A DNA stretch of 64,000 nucleotides from Promethearchaeota archaeon (lineage in GTDB: Archaea > Asgardarchaeota > Lokiarchaeia > Sigyniarchaeales > SOKP01): the NCBI GenBank assembly GCA_048940925.1, contig JBHLOC010000006.1:62152-126151 (forward strand), written 5' to 3'. Positions 30,376 to 40,528 of this stretch are shown here, piece after piece. The stretch's first letter is position 1, and the number at the start of each line of letters is the position of its first letter. The position numbers were made by a program, and so were the translations under genes. Under the pieces are notes generated by a model that saw only the letters and a list, made by a program, of their open reading frames with translations, had not been told where the DNA came from and ran no database searches.

Positions 30376-31920
30376 TTAGCAATCGAATTCGATAGTAGAG
30401 ATCTGGGAGTAGTCATAACTCCACCTAAAACAGTTGAATATATCATTTCTCGACTAGGACTAATTAAAAAAGAGCAAAAAATTTTGGATCCCTGTGTAGG
30501 ATCAGGTATATTCGTAAAGAAGTTATTAGAACATGGAATAGGTAAGAATCAAATAACTACTTATGATATAAATCCTAGTTTTAAACATGAAATAGAAAGG
30601 TTAGGGGTTTCATTTAAATTACACGATACGCTTCTGTCGTTATATCCAGATTCCTATAACAAATTTGATTTTATTGTAGGAAATCCTCCCTATTTAAATA
30701 AAGCTAGTTTCTATATAAAAAAAAATAGAATAAATTTAAGACCTATTTATGGTAAAATTAATGCCCATGAAACTTATGCTATGTTTATTGTTAACAGTAT
30801 ATGGCGATTAAAAGAAGGAGGAAAATTAGGGTTTATCACTAGCGATTCATTTTTATCCCTAAGTACGCACAAAAAGTTAAGAAAATTCATTCTTAGAAAC
30901 TGTTTAATTAATGAAATTCTTCTAGCACCAAAAAATTTGTTTTCTAATCAAAATGTAAGTACAAGTCCAGTTATTTTTTTTTTAACAAAATGTTCAGGTC
31001 AAAAAAATAAGAAAATTAGAGAAAATAATGTAATAAAGGTAATACCTAGGATTAATAGTGAGGAAGATTATGAAACTCCTCAAAATGTTAATGAAATTAA
31101 ACAGATTAAGTATAATTCTTTACCTTTTAGTATATTTTTCGTTGATGTTGAAGACCAAGTGATTAAATTATTTGAAAATTCATCGAGATTAGAAGAGTAT
31201 CTACAAGGATTTATTGGAATGCACACCCACGATAACAGAAAACATATAGCTGCTATTAAGGGTACTAAATTGGCTGAATTATTTTCCAAAAGAAATATGA
31301 AAATATCAGATTTAGATAAAAAATATAAGATTATAACTAGAGATGAATTAGAATCAAAAGATTGGAAACCATATTTAAAACAGGGGGGAGCAGATCAATA
31401 TTACAGACCAATAATGGAAGCATTAGATTGGAATGTACATTCAAGACAAAATTACGATATTCCTAAAAATGTTCCATTTGAAGAAGAGGGTATAGTAATT
31501 AGCGGTATTAGTTCAAATTTAGCCGCACGATATATGCCAAAAGGGTGTTATTGGGATTCGAATAAAGCAATTGGTTTTATAATTAAAGATAGAGCAATTT
31601 CAATTCTCTATATGTTAGGTTTACTCAATAGCTCTTTATATAATTATCTTGCTAAAGGAATTATCAATAATACAAATAGTATTCAAATAACAGGAATTCA
31701 TGCCTTACCATTTATTTTACCAAACATTAAAACAAAAAGTAAAATTGAAGGAATAGTTAAACAAATCATTATAGGAAAAGAAAAAAACCAAAATTATGAT
31801 TATAGAGATGCTCAAAAAGAAATAGATGATTTGGTTTATTCTTTATATTCAAATAAATTTAATTTTCCATCGAATCTAAAAAAAGAGTTAGATGAAACAT
31901 ACTCTATTTATAAAAATTAA
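30376..31920 (+). CDS. TaqI/Eco57I-like N6-adenine DNA methyltransferase, orphan; start uncertain
   Basis: DPCVGSG, VGNPPY, LGLLNS in the C-terminal TRD. The frame is open from 30376 and includes motif X (LGVVITP) upstream of the called TTG at 30484. Confidence 0.8.
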   Translation, partial: LAIEFDSRDLGVVITPPKTVEYIISRLGLIKKEQKILDPCVGSGIFVKKLLEHGIGKNQITTYDINPSFKHEIERLGVSFKLHDTLLSLYPDSYNKFDFIVGNPPYLNKASFYIKKNRINLRPIYGKINAHETYAMFIVNSIWRLKEGGKLGFITSDSFLSLSTHKKLRKFILRNCLINEILLAPKNLFSNQNVSTSPVIFFLTKCSGQKNKKIRENNVIKVIPRINSEEDYETPQNVNEIKQIKYNSLPFSIFFVDVEDQVIKLFENSSRLEEYLQGFIGMHTHDNRKHIAAIKGTKLAELFSKRNMKISDLDKKYKIITRDELESKDWKPYLKQGGADQYYRPIMEALDWNVHSRQNYDIPKNVPFEEEGIVISGISSNLAARYMPKGCYWDSNKAIGFIIKDRAISILYMLGLLNSSLYNYLAKGIINNTNSIQITGIHALPFILPNIKTKSKIEGIVKQIIIGKEKNQNYDYRDAQKEIDDLVYSLYSNKFNFPSNLKKELDETYSIYKN

Positions 31921-31961
31921 GCAATAAAATAATTAATTAATAAATTTAAATATGAGTTAAA

Positions 31962-32801
31962 ATGAAAAATTTGGAGAGACTAAAAGAGATTAGACAAAAG
32001 GGTGTTGAGACTGCTAATATAGAAGATATTCCTATTGTGTTTCAAGTAATCTGTGAATTTATCAATACCAATTCAGAAGCTCAGAAGCTTCTTGAAGATT
32101 ATCGGTTATCTATGCAGGTAAAAATAAAAGATACCAAACCGTATTACATAGTTATAGAAAATAAAAATGCTAATTTTAATGAGGGGACTTTAAAAAATCC
32201 TGATTTCGTGATAATATCAGATTTAAATACAATTTCAAAATTATTGCTTGGTCATTTAGATCCATTAGAAGCCTATTTCTCGGAAATTCTTTCTATCAAT
32301 GGGGATTTATTTAAGGTGGTTTTGTTTATGGAAGTTTTAGAATTAGCTTTTAAAATATTAGAAATCGGAGAGGATACAGAAGATACAAATTTAGTCAATA
32401 CAAGTTCAATGAAACGTCTTATAGAAGTGTATTTACATGGATCACCAGTTGAAGCCTCCCAAGTACCACTTTTCTTGGAAATCTTAACTATTTTTGTTAA
32501 TTCTAATCCTGAAGCTAGAGATATTATTTCAGGAGAAGATTTAACCATTCAAATTAAAATTACTGACTTAGAAAATTATTTAATCCGAATTAATGAAAAT
32601 AGAATGCAATGGTCCAAAGAAACAGTTCCCAATCCTAATCTAATATTAGAAATGAGTCTTGAAACCTCTGTTGAAGTACTACTTAATGGTGATCCTGTGT
32701 CTGCCTACATGGCTGGAAAAATAATCATAGAGGGATATATCGTTAAAGCGTTAGTCCTTCAAAGTCTAATTGACCTATTTTTGGAATTTATTAACTTATA
32801 A
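31962..32801 (+). CDS. Tandem SCP2-domain protein
   Basis: Internal repeat: GHLDPLEAYFSEILSINGD / GDPVSAYMAGKIIIEG. Confidence 0.8.
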   Translation: MKNLERLKEIRQKGVETANIEDIPIVFQVICEFINTNSEAQKLLEDYRLSMQVKIKDTKPYYIVIENKNANFNEGTLKNPDFVIISDLNTISKLLLGHLDPLEAYFSEILSINGDLFKVVLFMEVLELAFKILEIGEDTEDTNLVNTSSMKRLIEVYLHGSPVEASQVPLFLEILTIFVNSNPEARDIISGEDLTIQIKITDLENYLIRINENRMQWSKETVPNPNLILEMSLETSVEVLLNGDPVSAYMAGKIIIEGYIVKALVLQSLIDLFLEFINL

Positions 32802-32832
32802 ACATAATAAATAACAGATACTCAATTAATAA

Positions 32833-33735
32833 ATGAGTAATAAAAAAATTCCAGTTATTCTAGATACTGATATAGGTTTCGATATTGATGATACATGGGC
32901 TCTCGGGTTATTATTAAAATGCCCAGAATTAGATGTAAAACTAATAACAACAGTATCTCATGATACTCATATTAAGGCTAGAATAGTTGCTAAATTTCTT
33001 GAATGTGCAAATCGGACAGACATTCCAATAGGAATTGGACCTCAAAAGAATAGTAATAAAGGATCATTATATAACTGGGTAAAAAACTATGATTTATCAA
33101 ACTATCCTGGAATTATCTACAAAGATGGGATTGAAGCAATCAGTTCTACAATAGAAGACTCTAATGGTTTTATAAGCCTCATTGCTATTGGTCCCTTAGG
33201 AAATATTGCTGAAGCACTTAAATTAAACAGTAAAATTATTGAAAATCCTTGTTTTATAGGAATGCACGGCAGTATATTTATTGGATATAAAGGAAGGCCT
33301 ATACCTACGGTGGAATACAATGTTTTTAGCGATTTTACTGCATGTAGAAAGGTTTTTCAAGCTCCATGGAAAAAAACAATAACACCTTTAGATACATGTG
33401 GAAAGATTGTGTTATCTGGCGATAATTATACGCATATAATGGATTGTGATAATCTTGTAGTAAATGTAATAAAAGAATGCTTTGAAATATGGGCTGAAAA
33501 AACAGGGCTTAGAAGGTTAATAAATAAGGATCATAAAACTTCAGTTCTATTTGATACTGTTGCTATATATCTTGCTCTTTCTGAAGATTTAGTTAACATT
33601 GAAGATTTAAAATTAGAAGTTTCTGAAACTGGTTTTACTATAATAAGCAATGATGGAAATATGATAAGAGGTGCAACTTCTTGGAAAGATCTCCCAGCTT
33701 TTAAAAAATTTATCGTTAATCGTTTAATTAATTAA
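32833..33735 (+). CDS. Nucleoside hydrolase (IU-NH family)
   Basis: DTDIGFDIDD, IGPLGNIA, EYNV, PLD, LFD. Confidence 0.88.
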   Translation: MSNKKIPVILDTDIGFDIDDTWALGLLLKCPELDVKLITTVSHDTHIKARIVAKFLECANRTDIPIGIGPQKNSNKGSLYNWVKNYDLSNYPGIIYKDGIEAISSTIEDSNGFISLIAIGPLGNIAEALKLNSKIIENPCFIGMHGSIFIGYKGRPIPTVEYNVFSDFTACRKVFQAPWKKTITPLDTCGKIVLSGDNYTHIMDCDNLVVNVIKECFEIWAEKTGLRRLINKDHKTSVLFDTVAIYLALSEDLVNIEDLKLEVSETGFTIISNDGNMIRGATSWKDLPAFKKFIVNRLIN

Positions 33736-33846
33736 AAATTTATCTGTAAATTAAATATATGAAAATTGAATTCAAATTGTATAGAGAAAACCAAAAATTG
33801 GAATTGTAAGAATGTTAAAAATATTCGAAATTTTTAAAATTATAAT

Positions 33847-35076
33847 TTGCTTATTATAATTCATATTTATACCCTGAAATCTAATAAAAACGTAAAAAAT
33901 TTCATTTTGATGATAATGTTTGATATCGATCAATGTACAAGATGTGGAACATGTTTAGAAAGGTGTCCTGTAATTGAACTAGATCTTAATCAAGCTCAAG
34001 AAGAAATTGAAAACTTAATCAATGGTTCAAGTTTTATTATAAATCAATGTACTATTTGTGGGACATGTGATCTTAATTGTCCTGAGAACTTGACTCCAAT
34101 GGACTTAATTAAAGAATTAAAATATACTTTGATAAAGGAATTAGAGGAAAATGGGAAAATTCGAAGGTCAAACAAGTTTATTTTTCCATTTCATAAACCA
34201 AATCTTTTTACCTTTTATGAAAGTGTCATGATGTCTGATGAAGAAAGGAGAAATTTAAAAGATTGGGAATCTCCTCAAAAATCTAAAGAATTAGTTTTAT
34301 TGGGATGTGCGATTTCATATAGTCTACAGGACTTTTATAAAAATCCCACAATTGAGAGTTTATTAAATGGAAAAACCGTTGCTGGTGGTATAAATTATTG
34401 TTGCGGTGAAGTATATCATAGAACATGTTTTCCTATTTCGAAATATGAAATTGAAGATCGACTCCATTCAAGTTTTACTAGCTTAGGGGTTGAAAAATTA
34501 ATTGTTTTCTGTAATGAATGCTATGAAGCTTATAATAATGAATATAAGAGAATTTCAAGCGATTTTGCAATAGTTTCAATATGGGAAATTATTACAAAAG
34601 CACTTGAATCTGGAGATTTAAAAATAACTAATAAATTAGACTATCGTGTTGTTTTTCAGGATCAATGCGTAATAAAAAAATATCCCCTATTAATGGACTA
34701 TCCTCGAAGAATAATAGAAGCTACTGGATGTAAATTGATGGAACTAGAACATAACCGTGAGAATGCTCTTTGTTGTGGTTTACCACTTGGTTTAGTCGAC
34801 CGAAAAGCCATGGAAAAAGTGAGAAGGAAAAGATTTAATGAAATTAAAAAAGTAGATACTAAGTATTTAATAAATACTTGTATAGGATGTATCTTTAACT
34901 TTTCAATGGATTTAAAAATTCAACGAGGGGAATATAAAGTACTCTCTGTGTTGGATCTTGTAAGAATGAGTTGTAGTGAAAAAATTGATGAATTGAAAAA
35001 TGTGAAGATATTTAATAATATTATAAATACCTCGATGGAGATGGCAGCAAAAAGAAGGTCAACAAGCAATCAATAG
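33847..35076 (+). CDS. Fe-S oxidoreductase (HdrD/GlpC-like; 2x4Fe-4S plus CCG domains)
   Basis: CTRCGTCLERCP, CTICGTCDLNCP, YCCG, LCCG; start likely at 33910 or 33916. Confidence 0.85.
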   Translation: MLIIIHIYTLKSNKNVKNFILMIMFDIDQCTRCGTCLERCPVIELDLNQAQEEIENLINGSSFIINQCTICGTCDLNCPENLTPMDLIKELKYTLIKELEENGKIRRSNKFIFPFHKPNLFTFYESVMMSDEERRNLKDWESPQKSKELVLLGCAISYSLQDFYKNPTIESLLNGKTVAGGINYCCGEVYHRTCFPISKYEIEDRLHSSFTSLGVEKLIVFCNECYEAYNNEYKRISSDFAIVSIWEIITKALESGDLKITNKLDYRVVFQDQCVIKKYPLLMDYPRRIIEATGCKLMELEHNRENALCCGLPLGLVDRKAMEKVRRKRFNEIKKVDTKYLINTCIGCIFNFSMDLKIQRGEYKVLSVLDLVRMSCSEKIDELKNVKIFNNIINTSMEMAAKRRSTSNQ

Positions 35077-35158
35077 ATTATGAAAAATTTACAATTTAAA
35101 AGATATTCTTTGCTATTTATCAATATATACTTTATACGGATTATTAGTTAAAAGGAAA

Positions 35159-35839
35159 TTAATTTATCCCTACTACATGAGGACATACTCTTCTACAAGT
35201 ATTGCATTTTTTCAAAACATAACCTTTCTGATGTTTGTAAATGGAGTGTGATCTACAGAGTTTTTGATTTACTGTAGTTCCGTCTAATGCTCCTTTAGGA
35301 CAAGAATTTAAACAAATTTCACAATCTCGCAAACATCCTTCGTAATCAGCAATTAAATCACCCTCTAAATCTATATTAACTAAAATAGCTCCGAGTTGAA
35401 TCATGTTGCCAAAAGATTCGTTAATTAAAAGAGTATTTTTTCCCAAAACTCCAAGTCCAGCAAGGTGACCAGCATGCCTTAATGATAGAATTGCCCTTCC
35501 ATACATTCTATCAGGTTCCCAATATTCATAAGGATCATCAGAAGGAATTGGAACCGCTCCAACCCCCAATTCTTCTAATTTTCTTGTAAATTGTACAGTG
35601 AGATTATCAACTTCCTGAATAATTAGACTTCCTAGATGCGAGTATGGCACAAAACTCGAAGCATTAAGAGGTTCATTAGGAACTGTTTTTGCAAATACAA
35701 TAACAGAATTACAATCTTTATAAATATCAATGGGTCGAAAACCATCTGGTGCCCCTTCAAATCGCTCAACTGGAGCAATACCACATAAATCAAAACCTAA
35801 ATCAAATGCTATCTCTTTAATCAATTTTGAATTGATCAT
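35159..35839 (-). CDS. Epoxyqueuosine-reductase-like 4Fe-4S protein
   Basis: GFDLCGIA, SLRHAGHLAGLG.LGKN, CxxCxxCxxxCP, CNTCRRVCP. Confidence 0.8.
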   Translation of the reverse strand: MINSKLIKEIAFDLGFDLCGIAPVERFEGAPDGFRPIDIYKDCNSVIVFAKTVPNEPLNASSFVPYSHLGSLIIQEVDNLTVQFTRKLEELGVGAVPIPSDDPYEYWEPDRMYGRAILSLRHAGHLAGLGVLGKNTLLINESFGNMIQLGAILVNIDLEGDLIADYEGCLRDCEICLNSCPKGALDGTTVNQKLCRSHSIYKHQKGYVLKKCNTCRRVCPHVVGIN

Positions 35840-37656
35840 TATAGTTTTTCTCCTTTAATTTCTTCTTCGTATTTCTTTCGTCTCTCTTTTAAATAATCTG
35901 GAACTGGAACATCCCACCAACCAACAGCTGGAGAACCAGTGAATGGATATTCCCTTTGAACTTCAATTTCTATTACTGCTGGTCTTCCTGATTTAGCAGC
36001 TCTTTCAAATGCGGGAATTATCTCGTCCTTTCTAGAAATTTTTTCAGAATAACACCCAAATGCTTCGCCAATTTTGGCAAAATCAGGTGAATAAGGATTT
36101 CCCTCGTTATCATAAAATGCTGTGCCATATCCTCTATCTTCCCCAAATGCAGATTGCTGAAGGTCTTTAATAGCAATCCATCCGTAGTTATTCAATACTA
36201 TAAAGAAAATATTGGTTAATCCTAATTGTACCGCAACAGAAAGCTCTGAAATGGTCATCATAAAATCTCCATCTCCTACTAATGCAACCACTTGCCTATC
36301 TGGCTTTCTTATATCAATTGAGCCTAATTTGGCTCCTATCGCAGCAGGAATACTATATCCCATGGTAGAAAACCCTCCTGCCGTTAAACAAGTCTTCGGT
36401 TCATAGAATTTTAATTCCTGAATCATTTGTGCTTGGACATTACCAGAACTAGTAATAAAGACTGCATCCCTATCGAAAAATTCTCTAATTTCTTTTAATA
36501 CTGTTGATATCATTACTGGAACTTTCCCATCATCTCGATTTTTGTCAAGGAAATCAAACCATTTCTTTTTTTCTTCCTGAATTTCCTTAAAAAAATCCGT
36601 ATTTTTATAGTCTTTTGAATAATCACCCAATTCCTCAATAATTTGTTGAAGACATGCTTTAGCATCTCCAACAATGCCAATTTCAACAGGATAATTCTTA
36701 CCAATTTCATGTGGGTCGATATCTATTTGAATGAGTTTTGTTGGTGGAATGGAAAAACTTACACCCTCTTTATAAGAACTTGCGGTTTCATCAGCAAAAC
36801 GGCAACCTATAGCAAGTATCACATCAGCAGTAGAAGTCATCTTCAAACCTATAGTAGTCCCTTTGCTCCCTGTACTCCAACAGAAAAGAGGGTGGTCATT
36901 TGGAAAGGCATCTTTTCCCATCATTGTGACTACTATCCCAGCACCCAATTTTTCAGCTAAATTTTTAACTTCTTCAAAAGCGTTAGATATGACAACACCT
37001 CCTCCCAAAAGAAAAATGAGTCTTTTTGAACTCTTTAATAACCCAATAGCTTTCCTAATTAATCCAGGATCACCCCAAACTCGCCCGATCGCTCTTCTTT
37101 CAAGAGGTTTTGGTATTTCAACATCAATACTATCTGCTTGTATATTCATTGGGAGATCAATATGTACAGGTCCAAGTCTCCCTGTCATCATTTGATTAAA
37201 TGCTCTCTGTAATATTGAAGGCAATTGAGAAACTTGACTAACTTGCCAGTTACGCTTTACAATCGGTTCAAGCACCCTTAGCATATCAGAATCTCTTTTT
37301 CTTTCAATTTCTTGAAGAACTCCCTTCCCACGCATATGAGTATGAGTAGTTCCAGTCAAGCATAGAACAGGGAAGCTATCTGCATACGCATCTGCCAATC
37401 CTATTGTTGTATTCATTGCACCTGGACCAATTGATGTAAATACGACAAGGGGTTTTCCTGTAATTCTATAATACCCTATTGCTAGATGTACACCTGCCAT
37501 TTCCTGTTTAGGTTGAATTAATTGCAATTTATCCTTATTCCTGTAAAATGCATCTGTTAATGATAGATTTCCATGTCCGGGAATACCGATAACGTATTTA
37601 ACTCCTTCTTTAATTAAATATTTGGCGATTATTTCGCCTCCAGTATATTTAGGCAT
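35839..37656 (-). CDS. Thiamine-diphosphate enzyme (acetolactate synthase-like)
   Basis: GIPG, SIGPG, GPVHIDLP, GDGDF...NN ThDP motif. Confidence 0.88.
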   Translation of the reverse strand: MPKYTGGEIIAKYLIKEGVKYVIGIPGHGNLSLTDAFYRNKDKLQLIQPKQEMAGVHLAIGYYRITGKPLVVFTSIGPGAMNTTIGLADAYADSFPVLCLTGTTHTHMRGKGVLQEIERKRDSDMLRVLEPIVKRNWQVSQVSQLPSILQRAFNQMMTGRLGPVHIDLPMNIQADSIDVEIPKPLERRAIGRVWGDPGLIRKAIGLLKSSKRLIFLLGGGVVISNAFEEVKNLAEKLGAGIVVTMMGKDAFPNDHPLFCWSTGSKGTTIGLKMTSTADVILAIGCRFADETASSYKEGVSFSIPPTKLIQIDIDPHEIGKNYPVEIGIVGDAKACLQQIIEELGDYSKDYKNTDFFKEIQEEKKKWFDFLDKNRDDGKVPVMISTVLKEIREFFDRDAVFITSSGNVQAQMIQELKFYEPKTCLTAGGFSTMGYSIPAAIGAKLGSIDIRKPDRQVVALVGDGDFMMTISELSVAVQLGLTNIFFIVLNNYGWIAIKDLQQSAFGEDRGYGTAFYDNEGNPYSPDFAKIGEAFGCYSEKISRKDEIIPAFERAAKSGRPAVIEIEVQREYPFTGSPAVGWWDVPVPDYLKERRKKYEEEIKGEKL

Positions 37657-37846
37657 TTTATTTATTAATTCAGATTAATATGTATTATTTGTTAAATATA
37701 ATATAGGAAGGTAAAAATAGATTTAAGTTTAAATTTCAAGGTTTTTTGTTTATTAAAATATAAAATCAAAATTTATTTAAGAGTAATTGAATATATTTTT
37801 AAGAAAGTTATATAAAACAAAAGGGTTTTTTAAAGGATACATTATT

Positions 37847-39148
37847 ATGAGTATATCCTCAGATTTGCTAATATTATTAGATGAGTTTGTAAAAGAAATT
37901 CCAGATTTATTAGCAGCACTGGTGGTTGATTTTAATGGCCTTATAATCGCAGAAAAGTCATTAATAAAATTTGATGATGAATTAATTGGAGGTATAACTT
38001 CTCTTTTAGACCAGACTTTAAATAGGATAAAAGGATTTACTCAGTCAGAATTAGGAAGTGGATCGTTTGACATTGATCAATTCCGCTTATTTTACATCCA
38101 ATTGGGTAAAAATGTTGGGGCATTATTAGTATTAATTGGAAATCCATATTCTAATTTAGATAAATATATTCCATACTCTCATATCGTTGCAGATAAAATC
38201 TCTCTAATCTTAAGTAATTCTGACATTTCATGTAAGTTTCCAAGCATCGATAAAGAAGCTAAAATTATCTTGAAACCAAGAAGTAATAATATAATAATAA
38301 TTGGATCTGAAGCTGTAGGTAAATCTGCTTTGGCTAGAAGAGTATGTAATAATTCTTTCATCGAAAATTATCATCCTACTATTGGGATCTCATTAATAGA
38401 AAAAGAACTTGAAATAAAGAAAGATGAGACAATTAAAATTAACATTTTTGATTTATCAAGCCTTAAAAGTTTTGGGAAAGTAAGAAGGTATTTTTTTGAT
38501 TATTCTAATGTTATTTTAATCATGTTTGATTACTCTCGGGAAGAAACCGTTCATGAGCTTGAAGATTGGATTACAGAAGCACGCCAATTCGTTGATGATA
38601 AAGAAACCCCCTTCTTAATTGTAGGTAATAAAATTGACCTGGTTCCTAACAGAGAAGAAATTAAGCAATATGCTGAAAAAATAGCGATAGATAATAATTA
38701 CCAGTTTTTTGAAACATCTGTACTAAATAGGCAAGGTATAGATGAGCTATTAGAATATTTGACAACTCAAATTTTTCTCGATTATAATGAAAAAATAACT
38801 GCCACACCCATCACTAGCAATTTTCTTAAAACATTAACCGAAGATGAGAGAATTGTATTTATTTGTACTGTTAATTGTGAATCAGTCGATCAAAGCAATA
38901 TTCCAAATGTATTAGAAAAAAACATAATAAAAAACATTGCTAAATATAAAGAAATTAGCTTGGCAGTTTTAATGAGTAAGATAGCTCCCTTAGAAAAAGC
39001 TCTAAATAGAAAAATTGATAAAAATACGATTTTAAAGATAACTGATAAATATATTCAAAAAGGCCAAATTAAGAAACAATTTTTAAAATTTGATAAAGAT
39101 TTAGATTCATTCGAAAATTCAAATATAATTCAGAAAGAAGATATTTAA
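37847..39148 (+). CDS. Roadblock/LC7 + Rab-like small GTPase + C-terminal helical domain fusion
   Basis: Roadblock-like N-terminus (IPDLLAALVVDFNGLIIA); G1 GSEAVGKS, G2 PTIG, G3 DLSS (degenerate), G4 NKID, G5 ETSV. Confidence 0.85.
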   Translation: MSISSDLLILLDEFVKEIPDLLAALVVDFNGLIIAEKSLIKFDDELIGGITSLLDQTLNRIKGFTQSELGSGSFDIDQFRLFYIQLGKNVGALLVLIGNPYSNLDKYIPYSHIVADKISLILSNSDISCKFPSIDKEAKIILKPRSNNIIIIGSEAVGKSALARRVCNNSFIENYHPTIGISLIEKELEIKKDETIKINIFDLSSLKSFGKVRRYFFDYSNVILIMFDYSREETVHELEDWITEARQFVDDKETPFLIVGNKIDLVPNREEIKQYAEKIAIDNNYQFFETSVLNRQGIDELLEYLTTQIFLDYNEKITATPITSNFLKTLTEDERIVFICTVNCESVDQSNIPNVLEKNIIKNIAKYKEISLAVLMSKIAPLEKALNRKIDKNTILKITDKYIQKGQIKKQFLKFDKDLDSFENSNIIQKEDI

Positions 39149-39275
39149 ATAGTTTCACTCTAAGTAGAGAAATTATTCCAAATAATAAATTTAAATATTA
39201 ATTACTTTATTATTATTTTAAAATTCTTCATATTTATTAGATTAAGTACTACAAGGGAATCTAAGGGAATTATAA

Positions 39276-39860
39276 TTGCCTGAGAATATAACTATTAAGA
39301 GCAATTGTCCAATCTGCAATAAAAGTATTATTTTTGATTTGGATAAGGAATTTATATTGAATTCAGAACGATTTCCTGTTCAATTTCTAATTGAACACTG
39401 TGATAAATCATTAATTGCGTATATTGATAAGAATTTTGAAATAAAGGGAATAGAATCAGTTAGTAACATATTAAAAAATAAGAATCAAATCCAAAAAGAT
39501 CATATTCAAGGTGAACCAATTACACCTGAATTTATTCAGAAGATACCATTAGAAGAAAAATTAATAGTGAGCTCTAACTATGATTTTAATTATTTAAAAA
39601 AGCAACAATTTCCTAATGTTATCGAAAAACAAATCTTATTGCAAATTTCTAAATTTAATGAAATAAGTATTGGAGTCTTATTACAAAAACTCTCTGTTTT
39701 AAGCAAAGCACTAAATAGAACTATTGATCAAGATTCCTTGTTAAAAATTGTCGATAAATATGTTGAAAAAGGTTTAATTAATAAATACTTTATGAAATTT
39801 GGAAAAAAAAAATCTGATCTTAACGATTTGAAAATTAACTTAAGAAGTGATATAATTTGA
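39276..39860 (+). CDS. Hypothetical Zn-binding protein sharing the GTPase's C-terminal domain
   Basis: CPIC...EHC N-terminus; PNVIEKQIL...KALNRTID...IVDKYVEKG matches the GTPase C-terminus. Confidence 0.75.
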   Translation: MPENITIKSNCPICNKSIIFDLDKEFILNSERFPVQFLIEHCDKSLIAYIDKNFEIKGIESVSNILKNKNQIQKDHIQGEPITPEFIQKIPLEEKLIVSSNYDFNYLKKQQFPNVIEKQILLQISKFNEISIGVLLQKLSVLSKALNRTIDQDSLLKIVDKYVEKGLINKYFMKFGKKKSDLNDLKINLRSDII

Positions 39861-40351
39861 AAATATTCAAAAAGAAAGATAAAAGTAAAGATTCCAATTA
39901 TCTAAACAGAATGATCATTGGATTAGGACTCGGTTTGGTAAAAAGCAGAGATTTTATTTTAAACAAAGATTTTGGTGTATCACCTCAGGATGCTATGGAT
40001 TCATTAAGTATTTGGATAGGAAGAGAATTAATGAAAACAATGTTAGAAAATAAGATAGTAAGTGTTAAAGACTCTGACGAGCGCTTAATTAATGGTTTAA
40101 CAAGTGTCATTAATTTAGCAGAAGAATTAGATGTGGAAGTAACAGATGAACAAGTAAAGTTGGTAGTACAAAAATGCCTAATTTGCCCAAAAAGAATTGG
40201 TGGGTACGATCTTGAGGGAAATACTGCTTGTCCTGTAGGAGGTGTCTTAACAGGAGCAATTTCCTACGCCAGGGGGATAGATCCTAATATAACCAAAAAC
40301 CGTCTTCAAACTGCGGAAATTTGTCATATTGAAATGGATTTTAACAGGTAA
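39857..40351 (+). CDS. V4R / methanogen-output-domain-like protein
   Basis: WIGREL; KCLIC...ACPVGG.L.GAI...C pattern; 4-nt overlap with the upstream gene. Confidence 0.6.
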   Translation: MKIFKKKDKSKDSNYLNRMIIGLGLGLVKSRDFILNKDFGVSPQDAMDSLSIWIGRELMKTMLENKIVSVKDSDERLINGLTSVINLAEELDVEVTDEQVKLVVQKCLICPKRIGGYDLEGNTACPVGGVLTGAISYARGIDPNITKNRLQTAEICHIEMDFNR

Positions 40352-40528
40352 TCTTTTTTTTTTAGTTTTATTTTTTTGAGTAATTAATCCTTGAAACTAT
40401 TAAAAATAAGATTCATTAGTAAAATTTTTTTTAAAATTCAATAATCCCCCTCTCTTTATAAAGTAAATATCAAAATTTAAACTTATAAGCAATACTAAAG
40501 TACTTTTTTCACGAAACTGAGAATTACC

